64,000 nucleotides of DNA from Phoronis australis (lineage: Eukaryota; Animalia; Phoronida). The notes under the pieces were generated by a model. The model searched no databases. It had not been told where the DNA came from and saw nothing but the letters and a program-made list of their open reading frames with translations. Shown piece after piece: positions 48,204-60,000 of this stretch (within the stretch, counting starts at the first letter, position 1; each line of letters begins with the position of its first letter). The DNA lies in NCBI GenBank assembly GCA_002633005.1, contig NMRA01000290.1, positions 188,748-252,747 on the forward strand, read 5' to 3'. Made by a program: the position numbers and the translations under genes.

Positions 48204-49599
48204 ATCTGTAAATAAATCACCGTCACGTTAAAAAGATTCCAAGTCAAATTAATAAAATGTAAAGGGCTACAAGGATGCAGTTCCAGAATCCAAGGGTGCT
48301 GACACTGGACAGACAGTAGACATTCTTCTTGGTTTAAGTGACCACACTCTCTCCAGAGTATTATGTCGCTGTATAACAATGAAGATCAACAAAAACGATA
48401 ACAACTATAACAGGTTTAAAAGGATATACGTAGTGGATGTCACTGTAGAGGTTGGTTAACATTAGCCAGATCGTTTACAAATAAAACAGTCAGTAAGCTG
48501 GTGCCCCAAATGAAGACACCCACTATGTTACTTAAGAAAAGCAGACAGCTTGCTGACAAAGATATCAAGAGAAGGGACTGACATAATTTAGCCCGGCAAG
48601 CTATTCCAGTCCGCGACTCTTGTAGGAAAGAATTTTTTTTGTAATCTGTCCTATTTATTGGAATACTATAACTGGATGAACTTCTGGTACAGATGCCAGA
48701 GACAGCAAGATCTGCGATAGGGGCAACACCAGAGTTGATGATCACCGACTTCTTATCGTATTTGTAAAACATTTTCAGCTGACAGATTTTGCGCCTGTAG
48801 CTGAGGGTGGGCCAGTTTAAGGTTTAGAACCAACAGAGGATACATGCTGTGAATAATGAGCTTACACGAAAGTCTCACATTTCTAAAGATATGCATGACG
48901 CATTTCTAAAGATATGCGTGACTTTTCACCGCTCGTACTTCTGAGTGGCTTTTACCGGGATCAAAGAGAGAGCAGCGCCAGAGTCAGACTCAGTTGCGAT
49001 GACCGCATTTCCCGTTGCGAGCAAGACCCAATTAAGTGTATTTACCCGACCACAAACTGTAGTAAACACCTCTGACTGTACATACTGGCAAATTCTCAAA
49101 ATGCATTAACCAACACTTTTTGTTAAAAACAAATACCACAGCTGTATTCAGATGGAAAAAACAACCAAGTTTGGTTTTCGATTTTTAAAAATCGATGAAC
49201 TATTAAGTTAAAAACGATTGAAGATGAATGACTGTGCGTATTGATATACTCGGTGATTTACAAACGCTGATCAGAGTTAACAATATCACATGGATTATTC
49301 TTTTAATATACTACTAAGCTACACTGAAACATCTATACAGCACACAGTGACTAAATTCGATGTCAATAACTTTTAAAACATCACTTATGGTCCAAGGCAT
49401 GCCAAACTTCTTTACTCCAGGAGTAAGTACACTAACCTCAAAACTGCTATTTGCGGAAATGCGCCAATTTCGATAGTTAGCTTGTAGACGGTGTAATGAA
49501 ACACCTGTGAAGACAACTAAGGTGACTAGCTTTGCGGTCAACGAGAGAGTGCAAGCAGTGGATGAGGTTGCCGGGTCGATGGGCAATAGCTATGATTTC

Positions 49600-50260
49600 A
49601 TTTTTATGGCTGATGAAAAGCTAGAATAGTTATGTAGTTACCTGCAACCAAAATTGTCCAGAGGTTCCAAATCTTCAGTTTGGCTATCACCATATTTGCA
49701 CTTTTGTATATATTTTATGATTTAAGATCTAATAAAGATTAAACTTGAATGCAATGGCACGTGTAGTTTTGTTTGCTGTGACATGTTTGGTGTAGCTGTA
49801 ATCTGGAAAATTCAGGGATGGGTTCACAATTAACTGATCTCTACATTGTTTTGATACTTTGTTTAAACACAAAATATAAAGATAGCAACCCAAACCAGTA
49901 AGAAAAAAAACAAAACAAGTAGACAGAAGTATTAAAATGAAGAAATGAAAACAGGTATGAAACATATTGAAAACCAACGTTCCTTTGGGAAGTGGCCCTT
50001 TGTCAACATCAATGCAAACTAACTTTTTAGTCTTTTTGTAATATTTAAAATGTAGTGACTGTTAAAATTGCTCTCCAAACTGCAGGATTTAACTCTGTGC
50101 TAATGCCAGAGAAAAACAATTTGAGTGCAATAACGACCACCATTGTTAAGAAAGTAGTGCTAGCTATTACCTTTCCACTTCATTAGCTCAGATCTATCTC
50201 AATACAAAAGGCGTGCTGAATAGCCATCATAAAAGTTGTCTGGGGCTTAGGGAATCAGAG
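49600..50260 (-). repeat. Dispersed repeat, inverted relative to 53340-53835 and 52200-52557
   Basis: 49610-49742 is the reverse complement of ~53692-53835; 50060-50260 is the reverse complement of ~53363-53565. Confidence 0.8.
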
Positions 50261-50314
50261 TGGTACCAGTGTAACCCAGATTAATTTCTTCACATGTAGA
50301 CAATTGAGAAATGT

Positions 50315-50520
50315 TTCGTGACCTAGCGAGCAGCTCTCCTCTGTACTTTCTTTACAGCTCCAATGTCTTTATAGGTATAAGAGTCACAAATAGTAGAGGC
50401 GTAGTCCAAACTCCTTACATCGTTGGCTGCTTATAGGCAAGTTTCGCCGAAGAAAGCCCACTTTTGTTTATGAATGTTACTTATGTGGGATGACCATTTG
50501 AGGTCATGCGAGATGGGCCT
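50315..50520 (-). mobile_element. CR1/L2 LINE reverse-transcriptase C-terminal remnant
   Basis: Minus-strand ISHDLKWSSHISNI, VGFLRRNL, LDYASTICDSY, KVQRRAAR. Confidence 0.75.
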
Positions 50521-51051
50521 AAAATGTATCATAGTGGTGGACGGCATTTTAGAAATATTCTGTGCACTTGTGCACATGACGTACAACTCTCCATGGATAA
50601 GTCAATTAAGTTTTTATCCAGTCATGGGAGGTCCAAACTCCAAGCCAATGAGACACAGGTCTCTCGTGTAGCAAATTTTGGTTATACAGCCAAATCATGT
50701 AGGATTTTGCGGCAGCCTCTGTTATCATCTTTTGTGCGGGTATGAGGCAGATCTCCTTCAGGCATCCTCTCTGACTCTGCATGGTGAAAGGGGTCGGCTA
50801 GTTTGCTCATCGATCATGACCTCGATTGCCTTGCTACAGCAGGCCAACATTGTCAGGGACATACCGGTAATTGTTTACGACCTCGCGACTCCAATTACGT
50901 GCATACATGATATTGCTATTTTCTGAATCTTATCGCCATGGTGATTCTGGTAATATATTTTTTAAAGCTTAAAAAATCGCTCACCTTTGCGGCTTGCTGA
51001 AAGTTGTTAAGTCGATCATCCACTCGACGCGACCCTCTTCAAGGCACTTTT

Positions 51052-51500
51052 GCAATGCGTGAACTTGGATTCTTATTTAATCTCAAGATCGTGCCCAATA
51101 TGTATGCGTGAACTCGGAAATGATTCACTAAGGAAATTGGGTAAACTGTTGAACATAGAATTTGTGCAATATATTTGCCTCACGATCACCTATTTTCTCC
51201 TTAACGCAACTTGTGTAACAGAAACGGAGTGTCGGAGTGAACTAGTTAATCCATTACGATAATTGTTCTGGTATGTAACAGATAGATTGATGAGTAAGGT
51301 CGCCAATACCGGTTAAAAACATTTAGGTTTGTTTGAAAATTGCATTATTTTATGAGCATGCAACTTTTTAGTGGGGTGCGAGGTTTTATCTGCGTAGACG
51401 TGATTATTTGAGCGAGCTTGCCAAGTTGTCTAGTGTACGTATTTCAAGCTCACGCATACGCGATCTTGAGGTTAAAAAAGAATTGAAGTTTACGCGTAGC
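51052..51500. mobile_element. MITE family A, copy 2
   Basis: 51052-51121 and 51441-51500 are imperfect inverted repeats; interior similar to 7800-8050. Confidence 0.65.
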
Positions 51501-52462
51501 ACTTTTAAGTCCACGCCCTCTCGTGAGCGTGTTTGACAAACCAATCGCTGCTTTTAGATTTGTTTTGTCCGTGCGCGTAAATATAGGTCACTTAAGCAAG
51601 CACTTGGAGACGGACGCTTTCAGCTGATATGTAAAGAAAAGCGATGTACATGTAAGTATGCAACTTGGTTATCAAAGACATGAACTATGTAGTCCTAATC
51701 AGATTAAAAGAGATACAGATTCAGATACTGCAGCTAGTTTTCTTTCGCATTGTAGACTAACTAAAGTTGTGAGTTAAGTTAAGAAATAGAACACATCTCA
51801 GTCTTCTCAGTGAATGTGCTGAGGAGTGGGGTACTGAGTGACAGTGACTAGTGAGCGGCGGAGTTGAGATGACAGACTCCAGGCGCGAGACACTGAATGA
51901 CTGAGACAAACTGAGTAAGATGTGTGAAAGGTGAGGGTCATCTGTCTTGGTCAGATGCAAAGGGCTGGGTACATTTTCACTGAAATAACAAGAGTGGCCT
52001 GGCTTGCATGGCCCTTCGAAACTAACTTGGCAATAGATTCTAGCATCCAAAATAGGTGGTTGCACATGCTAACGCATACTGTATGCCAGTAAATTTTCTG
52101 CAAATTACTGTATAACCTTGGGTTTAACTTGTCTTTGACAGTACAATTAAAAATCTCTGTCAAACACGAATCATGTTCTATATACTTTTCAAGTGACCAG
52201 GGACCATCATGTGGAGAATTTCTAGCTCAGATTTCGTTAGCCCCAGACAACTTTTAGGATGCCTATTCAGCACGCCCTTTGTATTGATGTAGATCTGAGC
52301 TAATGAAGTGGAAAGGTAATATCTAGCATTTAACTGCCTCAACAATGGTTGTTGTTAGTATCCCCAATTTGGGTTTCTCTGACATTTGCAGAGTTTCAAC
52401 CTGCAACTCTGGAGAGTAGTTTTAACTTGGTACATTCATTGTGACCATCCCTGAACTTTCCA

Positions 52463-52557
52463 CATTACAGGTATACTAAACATGTCATGTGTCATTACAG
52501 GTATACTAAACATGTCATGTGTCATTACAGGTATACTAAACATGTCATGTGTCATTA
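52463..52557. repeat. 30-bp minisatellite running into the gap
   Basis: CATTACAGGTATACTAAACATGTCATGTGT x3; repeated at ~53601-53695. Confidence 0.9.
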
Positions 52558-52918
52558 NNNNNNNNNNNNNNNNNNNNNNNNNNNNNNNNNNNNNNNNNNN
52601 NNNNNNNNNNNNNNNNNNNNNNNNNNNNNNNNNNNNNNNNNNNNNNNNNNNNNNNNNNNNNNNNNNNNNNNNNNNNNNNNNNNNNNNNNNNNNNNNNNNN
52701 NNNNNNNNNNNNNNNNNNNNNNNNNNNNNNNNNNNNNNNNNNNNNNNNNNNNNNNNNNNNNNNNNNNNNNNNNNNNNNNNNNNNNNNNNNNNNNNNNNNN
52801 NNNNNNNNNNNNNNNNNNNNNNNNNNNNNNNNNNNNNNNNNNNNNNNNNNNNNNNNNNNNNNNNNNNNNNNNNNNNNNNNNNNNNNNNNNNNNNNNNNNN
52901 NNNNNNNNNNNNNNNNNN
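52558..52918. other. Assembly gap (361 N)
   Basis: Run of n. Confidence 1.
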
Positions 52919-53335
52919 TAAGGTGAAGAATAAGAAGATTTAAGATGAAAACTATTATCTCTGAACTAAAATTGAAGTGCTGAGATACGGTAAGAGGACT
53001 TATTTTTTTAGATTTGCTGTGTTTCTTGGTTCCCTTTCGATATTTTGTTCTCTGGCTAGTATTTATTTTCGAGTACGATTTCAAGCACACTGCCTTACCA
53101 AACTTGAAATTTAGAGCATATACTCGGAATTTTTACTCAAAATCGTACTCGAAATATGGATGAAATACACTTCGCTTCGAGTATACTCGAAAATTGAGTA
53201 CGTGCTCGAAATTTTGAGTACAGATTTTTCGAGTATGACATTGAATACACCAAAGCTGAGTCTGTACTCGAGTTGAGTATGAAGTGTGAGTTTGAGCATG
53301 ATTCGAGTCTGAGTACGGAGATTGGAGACCGGGCC
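52919..53335. mobile_element. Right part of a Harbinger-like MITE rich in TACTCG/CGAGTA
   Basis: Many TACTCGA/CGAGTA motifs ending GGAGACCGGGCC followed by CAG, where identity with 52198 onward resumes. Confidence 0.55.
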
Positions 53336-55066
53336 CAGGGACCATCATGTGGAGAATTTCTAGCTCAGATTCCGTTAGCCCCAGACAACTTTTAGGATGC
53401 CTATTCAGCACGCCCTTTGTATTGATGTAGATCTGAGCTAATGAAGTGGAAAGGTAATATCTAGCATTTAACTGCCTCAACAATGGTTGTTGTTAGTATC
53501 CCCAATTTGGGTTTCTCTGACATTTGCAGAGTTTCAACCTGCAACTCTGGAGAGTAGTTTTAACTTGGTACATTCATTGTGACCATCCCTGAACTTTCCA
53601 CATTACAGGTATACTAAACATGTCATGTGTCATTACAGGTATACTAAACATGTCATGTGTCATTACAGGTATACTAAACATGTCATGTGTCATTAACTCT
53701 TTATTAGAACTCAAATTATAAAATATAATGCAAAAGTGCAAATATGGTGATAACCAAACTGAAGATTTGGAATCTCTGAACAATTTCAGTGGCACTAACT
53801 AGTATGACTATTCTAGCTCTTTGTCAGTAGTAAAAAATTAATTGTGGGCACAAGTTAAGTACAACTGTTTCCTGGTCAAAAATATGGTTAAACGAGATTG
53901 AAAGAATATTAAAAAATGAATCCATATGATATTGTTAACTCTGATGAGCGTTTGTATATCCACCGAATATATCCAATGGTTGTAGTTTTTAGTTTTAATA
54001 TTAATTCGTTGATTTTTAAAAATCGAAAACTGTACTTGGTTGCTTTTTTCCAGGTGAATGCCGCCATGGTGTTCATTTTTAACGAAAATTAGTGGTTCAT
54101 GCATTTTGAAAATTCGCCATTATGTACAGTCAGAGATGTTTAATACAGTATATGGTCAGGTAATTACACTTAATTGGGGCTTGCTCACATCGGGCAATGC
54201 GGTCATCACAACTGTACCTGATTCCGGCGCTGCGCTCTCTTTGATCCTGGTACAAGCCACTCAGAAGGACAAGCGGTGAAAATTCCCGCATATCTTTAGA
54301 AATGTGTGACTTCCTTGTAAGCGTATTCTTCACGGTATGATGGTGGGATGAATACCTTGGAGACAGTTGGAGTCTTTAATCCTTCCAGCTCAAACAAATA
54401 CTCCTGCTATCAAATTTTTGTCTAATGAAATTGAAGACTAGATTCCATCACAGTCAACATAATGGTCACGGGGATAGAAGTCAAGTTGATTGGTCCATCT
54501 TCAAAAATGTTGCTGAGAACTAGCTATCATTGAGTAACAGCAATAGCCTTCCCTACAAGTGGGCTTAACTAAATGTTAATTTCAAAAAGCCGTCATTGCC
54601 GCACCTTTATAATTCATTAGTACAATGACACCCAGATAATCATATTAGTTATATATTTTTGGCAAAATGTGTTGAGGTAAGTAAACAAAATGCACTCCTA
54701 ATCAAATGATAGCTTAATTACATCTGACACTTTTATAGTACTTTAATTCTTCTATTTTGTTTTATGAAAGTCATAAAATATATGGGTCACCCCGTAAAGC
54801 ATTGCCACATGGTATTACTATCAACTCTAGTATGGCCAGGCTCCTACTGCCAATGTTTTGGAATGCTTATGTGATGGCAACCTGTTTTTGAATGGGATCG
54901 GTGTTCTAATTTAGTGTTAGTTTGGATTGAAACTGGCTGAAGCTGACTTGCAAAATAACATAAGTGACAATAAGCTGATGGTAGTTCCATAATCATGATG
55001 CATTCATGTCATCTACTTCAGTATAAATTTCTGTAAAAATCCACGAAACTTGTCTTTCTTCTGATA

Positions 55067-55347
55067 TTTCACTATAAGGCTATCACTCATTCCATTTCAC
55101 TATAAGGCCATTCCTCATTCCATTTCACTATAAGGCCATCACTCATTCCATTTCGCTATAAGGCCATCACTCATTCCATTTCACTATAAGGCCACTACTC
55201 ATTCCATTTCACTATAAGGCCATCACTCATTCCATTTCGCTATAAGGCCATCACTCATTCCATTTCACTATAAGGCCATCACTCATTCCATTTCACTATA
55301 AGGCCATCACTCATTCCATTTCACTGTAAGGCTATCACTCATTCCAT
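55067..55347. repeat. 28-bp minisatellite x10
   Basis: TTTCACTATAAGGCCATCACTCATTCCA head-to-tail, no spacers. Confidence 0.95.
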
Positions 55348-57047
55348 TTTTAGTCGAGATATTGTCAATTTTTAAAATCTGGATTCTTTAATTTGTTCAG
55401 TTTATCATGGAAGAGCATTCCTCAAAGTAGGCTGAATTTATCGGTGATAACACCCAGTCTGTGGTAAAAAGAGAAAAAAATGAAAAATATATTTATCAGT
55501 TTAAAACTATGTTAAATTTGTGTTTTCTGTCTTAAAAACAAGTTTTGATTTAGTACAGTTGTTGTTGTCAAATTTACATTGGTCATGTCTTGATCCTTAC
55601 TCAGTTTAAAAGTTCCTGAGCCCGGGGAAGAACCCACAATTTGTTATGTCTTCAGACCTGGCTCATAAAGTTCTGGTCACAACAGGAAATAGCTTTAAGG
55701 TCTACAATTTCCTTGAAAATTACAACTCCTGCAAATATTCTTTCATTCTGAAGACGCTATTTTCTCTTGATAAATTATTTTAAAATCTCAGCAGTTTTGG
55801 ATAATTGCTGAAAATGCAAACAAATTCAAGAGCTTCAGTTAACATTGTTGCAGATGGCAGTTTTCACTTCAAAACTTTGCTTAATGGTAGCTGTGCAATA
55901 CACCTTGACCATGGAATGTCGTTTAGTATTGTGCTACGAATATGTATTTCACAGAAAAAAAAAATTAAAAATTTCGCTTGTCGGCCACACTCTTCTAAAT
56001 TGGTGAGATTTTACCATCAGTATTAGGCAGGAAGAGATAACCACTCTCCTTGGTATTAGGCAGGTCTTTCATTGTCTAATGCAGGGTTTTTCTCCAAGAT
56101 CTTGTTGGATAGCGAGAGTCCATTACATTTGCCAATACAGCAAGTGACACCTGTAAGTAGGTTGCTATATTGCCAATTAAAATATTATCTCTCAAGCTTA
56201 GGATCTAATACCTTTTGTCAACACTTATTGCTCAAGCAGCCTTAGTCCTAATAGACCTTGCCTCTCTTCTGTCTGTAATGTAGTTACTTTCTTGTCTGGC
56301 ACAGATTAGCGAGCGAGGAATTCATAAAATGGTTTGTTTTATTCTAATCCGCTGGTATTAAACAGGAGAAGCTAGGGAGAACAAAATACCAGGACCGTTC
56401 TGCAGAATTTCAAATACCACCCTGGGCTATATCCATTTATATTCTTGACAGTTCTGCTGAACCATGAAACATCATTGTTGTGTCTTAGTATTGCCATGTT
56501 AATATCTGATTGACATCATGGTTTGTTAAAAGTGTTAACAATTGTAAAAGGTGGCCAATTCTTTGGTGTTTGCTTTAAAACTTCAATGAGAATCTAATCT
56601 TATTCAAACACATGCTATGTAAACAATGATTCAGCAAGCCTAGTGTGTGGTCTTTCAATAGTTGCCATGGAAACCAACTGCTTCATTCTAGAAGCAGTTG
56701 GTTAGTCTCCAAATTTGTAGAACTGTTCGATTAATATGTTTTATCCACTTCTCAATCCTGTTCAACCTGTTGGAGAAGATTATTCCAAAGTGTAAAACGC
56801 AAATTCTTCACTGATTTGGCACACAATATGGCTGGCAGTGAAATTCGATTTTATCAATTTCTCCACGAAAATAAAAATAAAAAACTCTAGTCTATTATTA
56901 GCATGGTTTATACTCTCTAGGTGTCATAAAGCAACATTTTTTAAAATTTTATATCATTTGCAGTGAAGTAATCAACCTTTGAATAATCGAAAATGACAAT
57001 TTTAGCGATAATTTCGGTGCGTTAAATAAGTGAAAATTACCATGTAT

Positions 57048-57083
57048 CTTTGTTTTGTTTTGTTTTGTTTTGTTTTGTTTTGT
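57048..57083. repeat. (TTTTG)n microsatellite
   Basis: About 7 units. Confidence 0.9.
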
Positions 57084-60000
57084 TGGTGTATAAGGAGCTT
57101 CAGAGCTCTAATAAATTATTATTCTACAAATGGTAGAGCTCTTCAACGTAGAACACTATATGGTGGGCAAGTTAACTTCTTATGTTTTTCATAAATTATA
57201 AGCAGTGGTACCAAATAATTGCTTCATCATTTTTAACAATGCTTAGACTTACATAAAACTGTTATTAGCCTTTGAAAAGGACCAGTTTCGGAAATTATGT
57301 TTTTCCAAAATTAGTGACATGTTACTCAGAATACATAAAATCTGTTTTTGTGTTAAGTGGAAAACTTCCTACATTTAGGGGAATCATAGCTGCTTGACTT
57401 CATGTTTTTCCATTTTCTGGACACCATACAATTAACATTTCTGAATGACCAAATTTTCATTTGTTTCAAAGTTATGAATTGAAGGCAAATTCAGTGTTTC
57501 CTACTACAGTTCCTTGGTTTAAACATTGTTCAATGTGTTGTATCAAATTTTACCATTCTTTCTAGTTAGGACAAACCTGCCTGATGCTCATGTTGATGAA
57601 CAGACTATGTACACATTAGTTTCAAAGTGGCCCCAGTGATAACCCTGTATTTGTCTTCATTTTATCAAATGCACATGAAGCCATGTAAACAATTCAAGGT
57701 TACGAACTTAGCGATATTGTGTGAGTGAACCATGTCAGCCACCTTCTATACCTCGAAGATTACCTGTATTTGATTGATAGTCTGGCATTCTCTCTGTGCC
57801 ATACATAACAGTTCATAGTTTCAGTGTTATTATAATCAGTGACTAAGAACCTGGTACACTTCAATTTAAGCTTAGTACAACATTTGACCTCCCATCTCGT
57901 TAGACAAGTATTAGTCCCAGGTTTTGGAAGTCAGTTTTACCATCAATTTCGGAACCTTGTATTCACGATACTGTCCCAAATTGAAGAATCTAATTTTTTG
58001 CCACAAGAGCAGACTGGGGATAATGTTAAAGATTGTACCAAAGCACCTCCAAAGAGAATTCTTGTCCGTCCTTTATCTGTGTGTATTCTTCTCTATTTGT
58101 GAGCTTGACATTAAGAAACATCTACCTGTGAATTGTAGATTTTGCACTCCAGTGGTTTATCTATGTGTCTTTTTGTAACTGTCTGTACAGAGTTTGTAAA
58201 GTGGCTACATAATAGCAGACGTCAGTTGTGACTGAGAGTTAAAACGAAGCCTATTTTGCTTGACCTGATTTCTAATTCCGGTGTGAACAAGTTGACAGGC
58301 ATGAAACAATTTCTTTTGTCTTGGACATTTTGAGACATTGGGCATTTTCATTTGAATCGTTTGATTATACCAGTTTACGATAGTGGCAATTTGACAGCTT
58401 GGCGGTAACAAAGAATTTATGAAATGGGAAAATGTCACTACCTTCATGCAAGTCTGCAGAACGCTGTCTCACATCTTCTATTGCTATCAAGTGACTAACA
58501 GTGTGACTGAATGTGGGAAACCTTTTTGTTATGTGCCATGGGGCGGCATCTGTCTGTTTGTCCAAGGGAAATGATATCTCACTCAAGACTTTATGGATTT
58601 TTTTCAAGTGCTATACAAAGGATATCAACGGACCACCTCTAAGTTCCTGGCCATGTATTCAATTTTAATGAGTGCTTCCGAGGCACTGTTTATATTAATT
58701 AGTTTTCCGATAAGTTAATGATCCGCTTTCGCGCGTGTTCAAAGCAATGTGACATTTAAAATCTGGTTTCCTTGCTGCATGCAACTTTGGATATGAATAC
58801 GACAAAAGTGCACTGTTTTTTTCCAACCTGAAACTTGTAGATAGGTAGCTGCAGTTGTGGACCTTGTTGACCAGTCGGCGCATTAAGCCAAATGTCTATA
58901 AAAAAATAAATACGGATTTTCATAGAACCCAGTTAAAGTACATATTTTATGAATTTAAAAAGCCTGAGAATTTGATTTTTGACTTTTTACCAATCTGCCA
59001 TTAATTGGGTCACATGACCATGTCTTTTTAGTAATATTTAGCAAAAAAGAAAGGTACATTGATAGCAAAACAATGTTATCAATAACACAATAAAATTTTG
59101 TTTGATGTAAATGTTCAAGATGAGATTTTCATTTTGTGCAACTTCAGAGGTTTTTTTGTGAAAATCACAAAGGCACTACTTTATGATAGCCCTCATGCAA
59201 AAATTTAACATTTTAAAAACAGTATCTTACTATGTTTTTGAGAACGGTGCGTAAAGCACAGTATCTGAAAGTTTCGTCTGAATCCGATCATCCATTTCTG
59301 AGATCTATGTGACATTCCGAATTAAGCCAAATTTGAACATTTTCCAGGGCCCTGCATTATTATTGTGTGAATTTAACTCTAAAACGAATTTCCTTTTTTG
59401 GAAGATAACATGTTGTTTGCGTTTTTGTGTGAACCTGGTCTGCCAGCCATCACACCAGAGTCAGCTTTGTGCTTGACTACAAACAAAACTGGGTTAATGC
59501 TTTTGAGCACAAAATAGGCTATTATAGTTCATGAGTCCTAACTATAGGTTAGCCACACAATTACATTGATCCAGATTTAATGTAGCCTGATAGATCTATA
59601 GAGCTAATGATGTCCTACTGGTTAATAATTTGTTGATCAACAAGAGTATGCTGTTGATATCACCCTGCTACATTTGGGGCTAACTCTCACCATGTTGGGA
59701 CTTGGTAGACAAGTGAAGTCTTATTTTCTCATATTTTTTTCGTGGAAGATAGTTTGCATCAAACTAACGCATTTACATGTACCATTACCCACCACCAGAC
59801 TGTATTTTGAAAAATTGTGGCATTCACGCAACGCTATAACTCCTTGAAGAATGAAAAAAGGAAATTTTGGTAATTATTTTTCTGAAATTGGTGAGATTTC
59901 GCCATACCTTGATGTATTGCCATTCCAAGATGACTGAGTATTGTCATTCCTTCTAAGATGACTGTGTAATTCTTTAGTATTGATGTCTACATTTAGCAAG

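Noticed and set aside
52482-53090. Long ORFs in the ORF track
   Set aside because: Open only because they run through the N gap
55067-55347. 28-bp repeats of CRISPR-like length
   Set aside because: Head-to-tail with no unique spacers, no cas genes, eukaryotic context; a plain minisatellite
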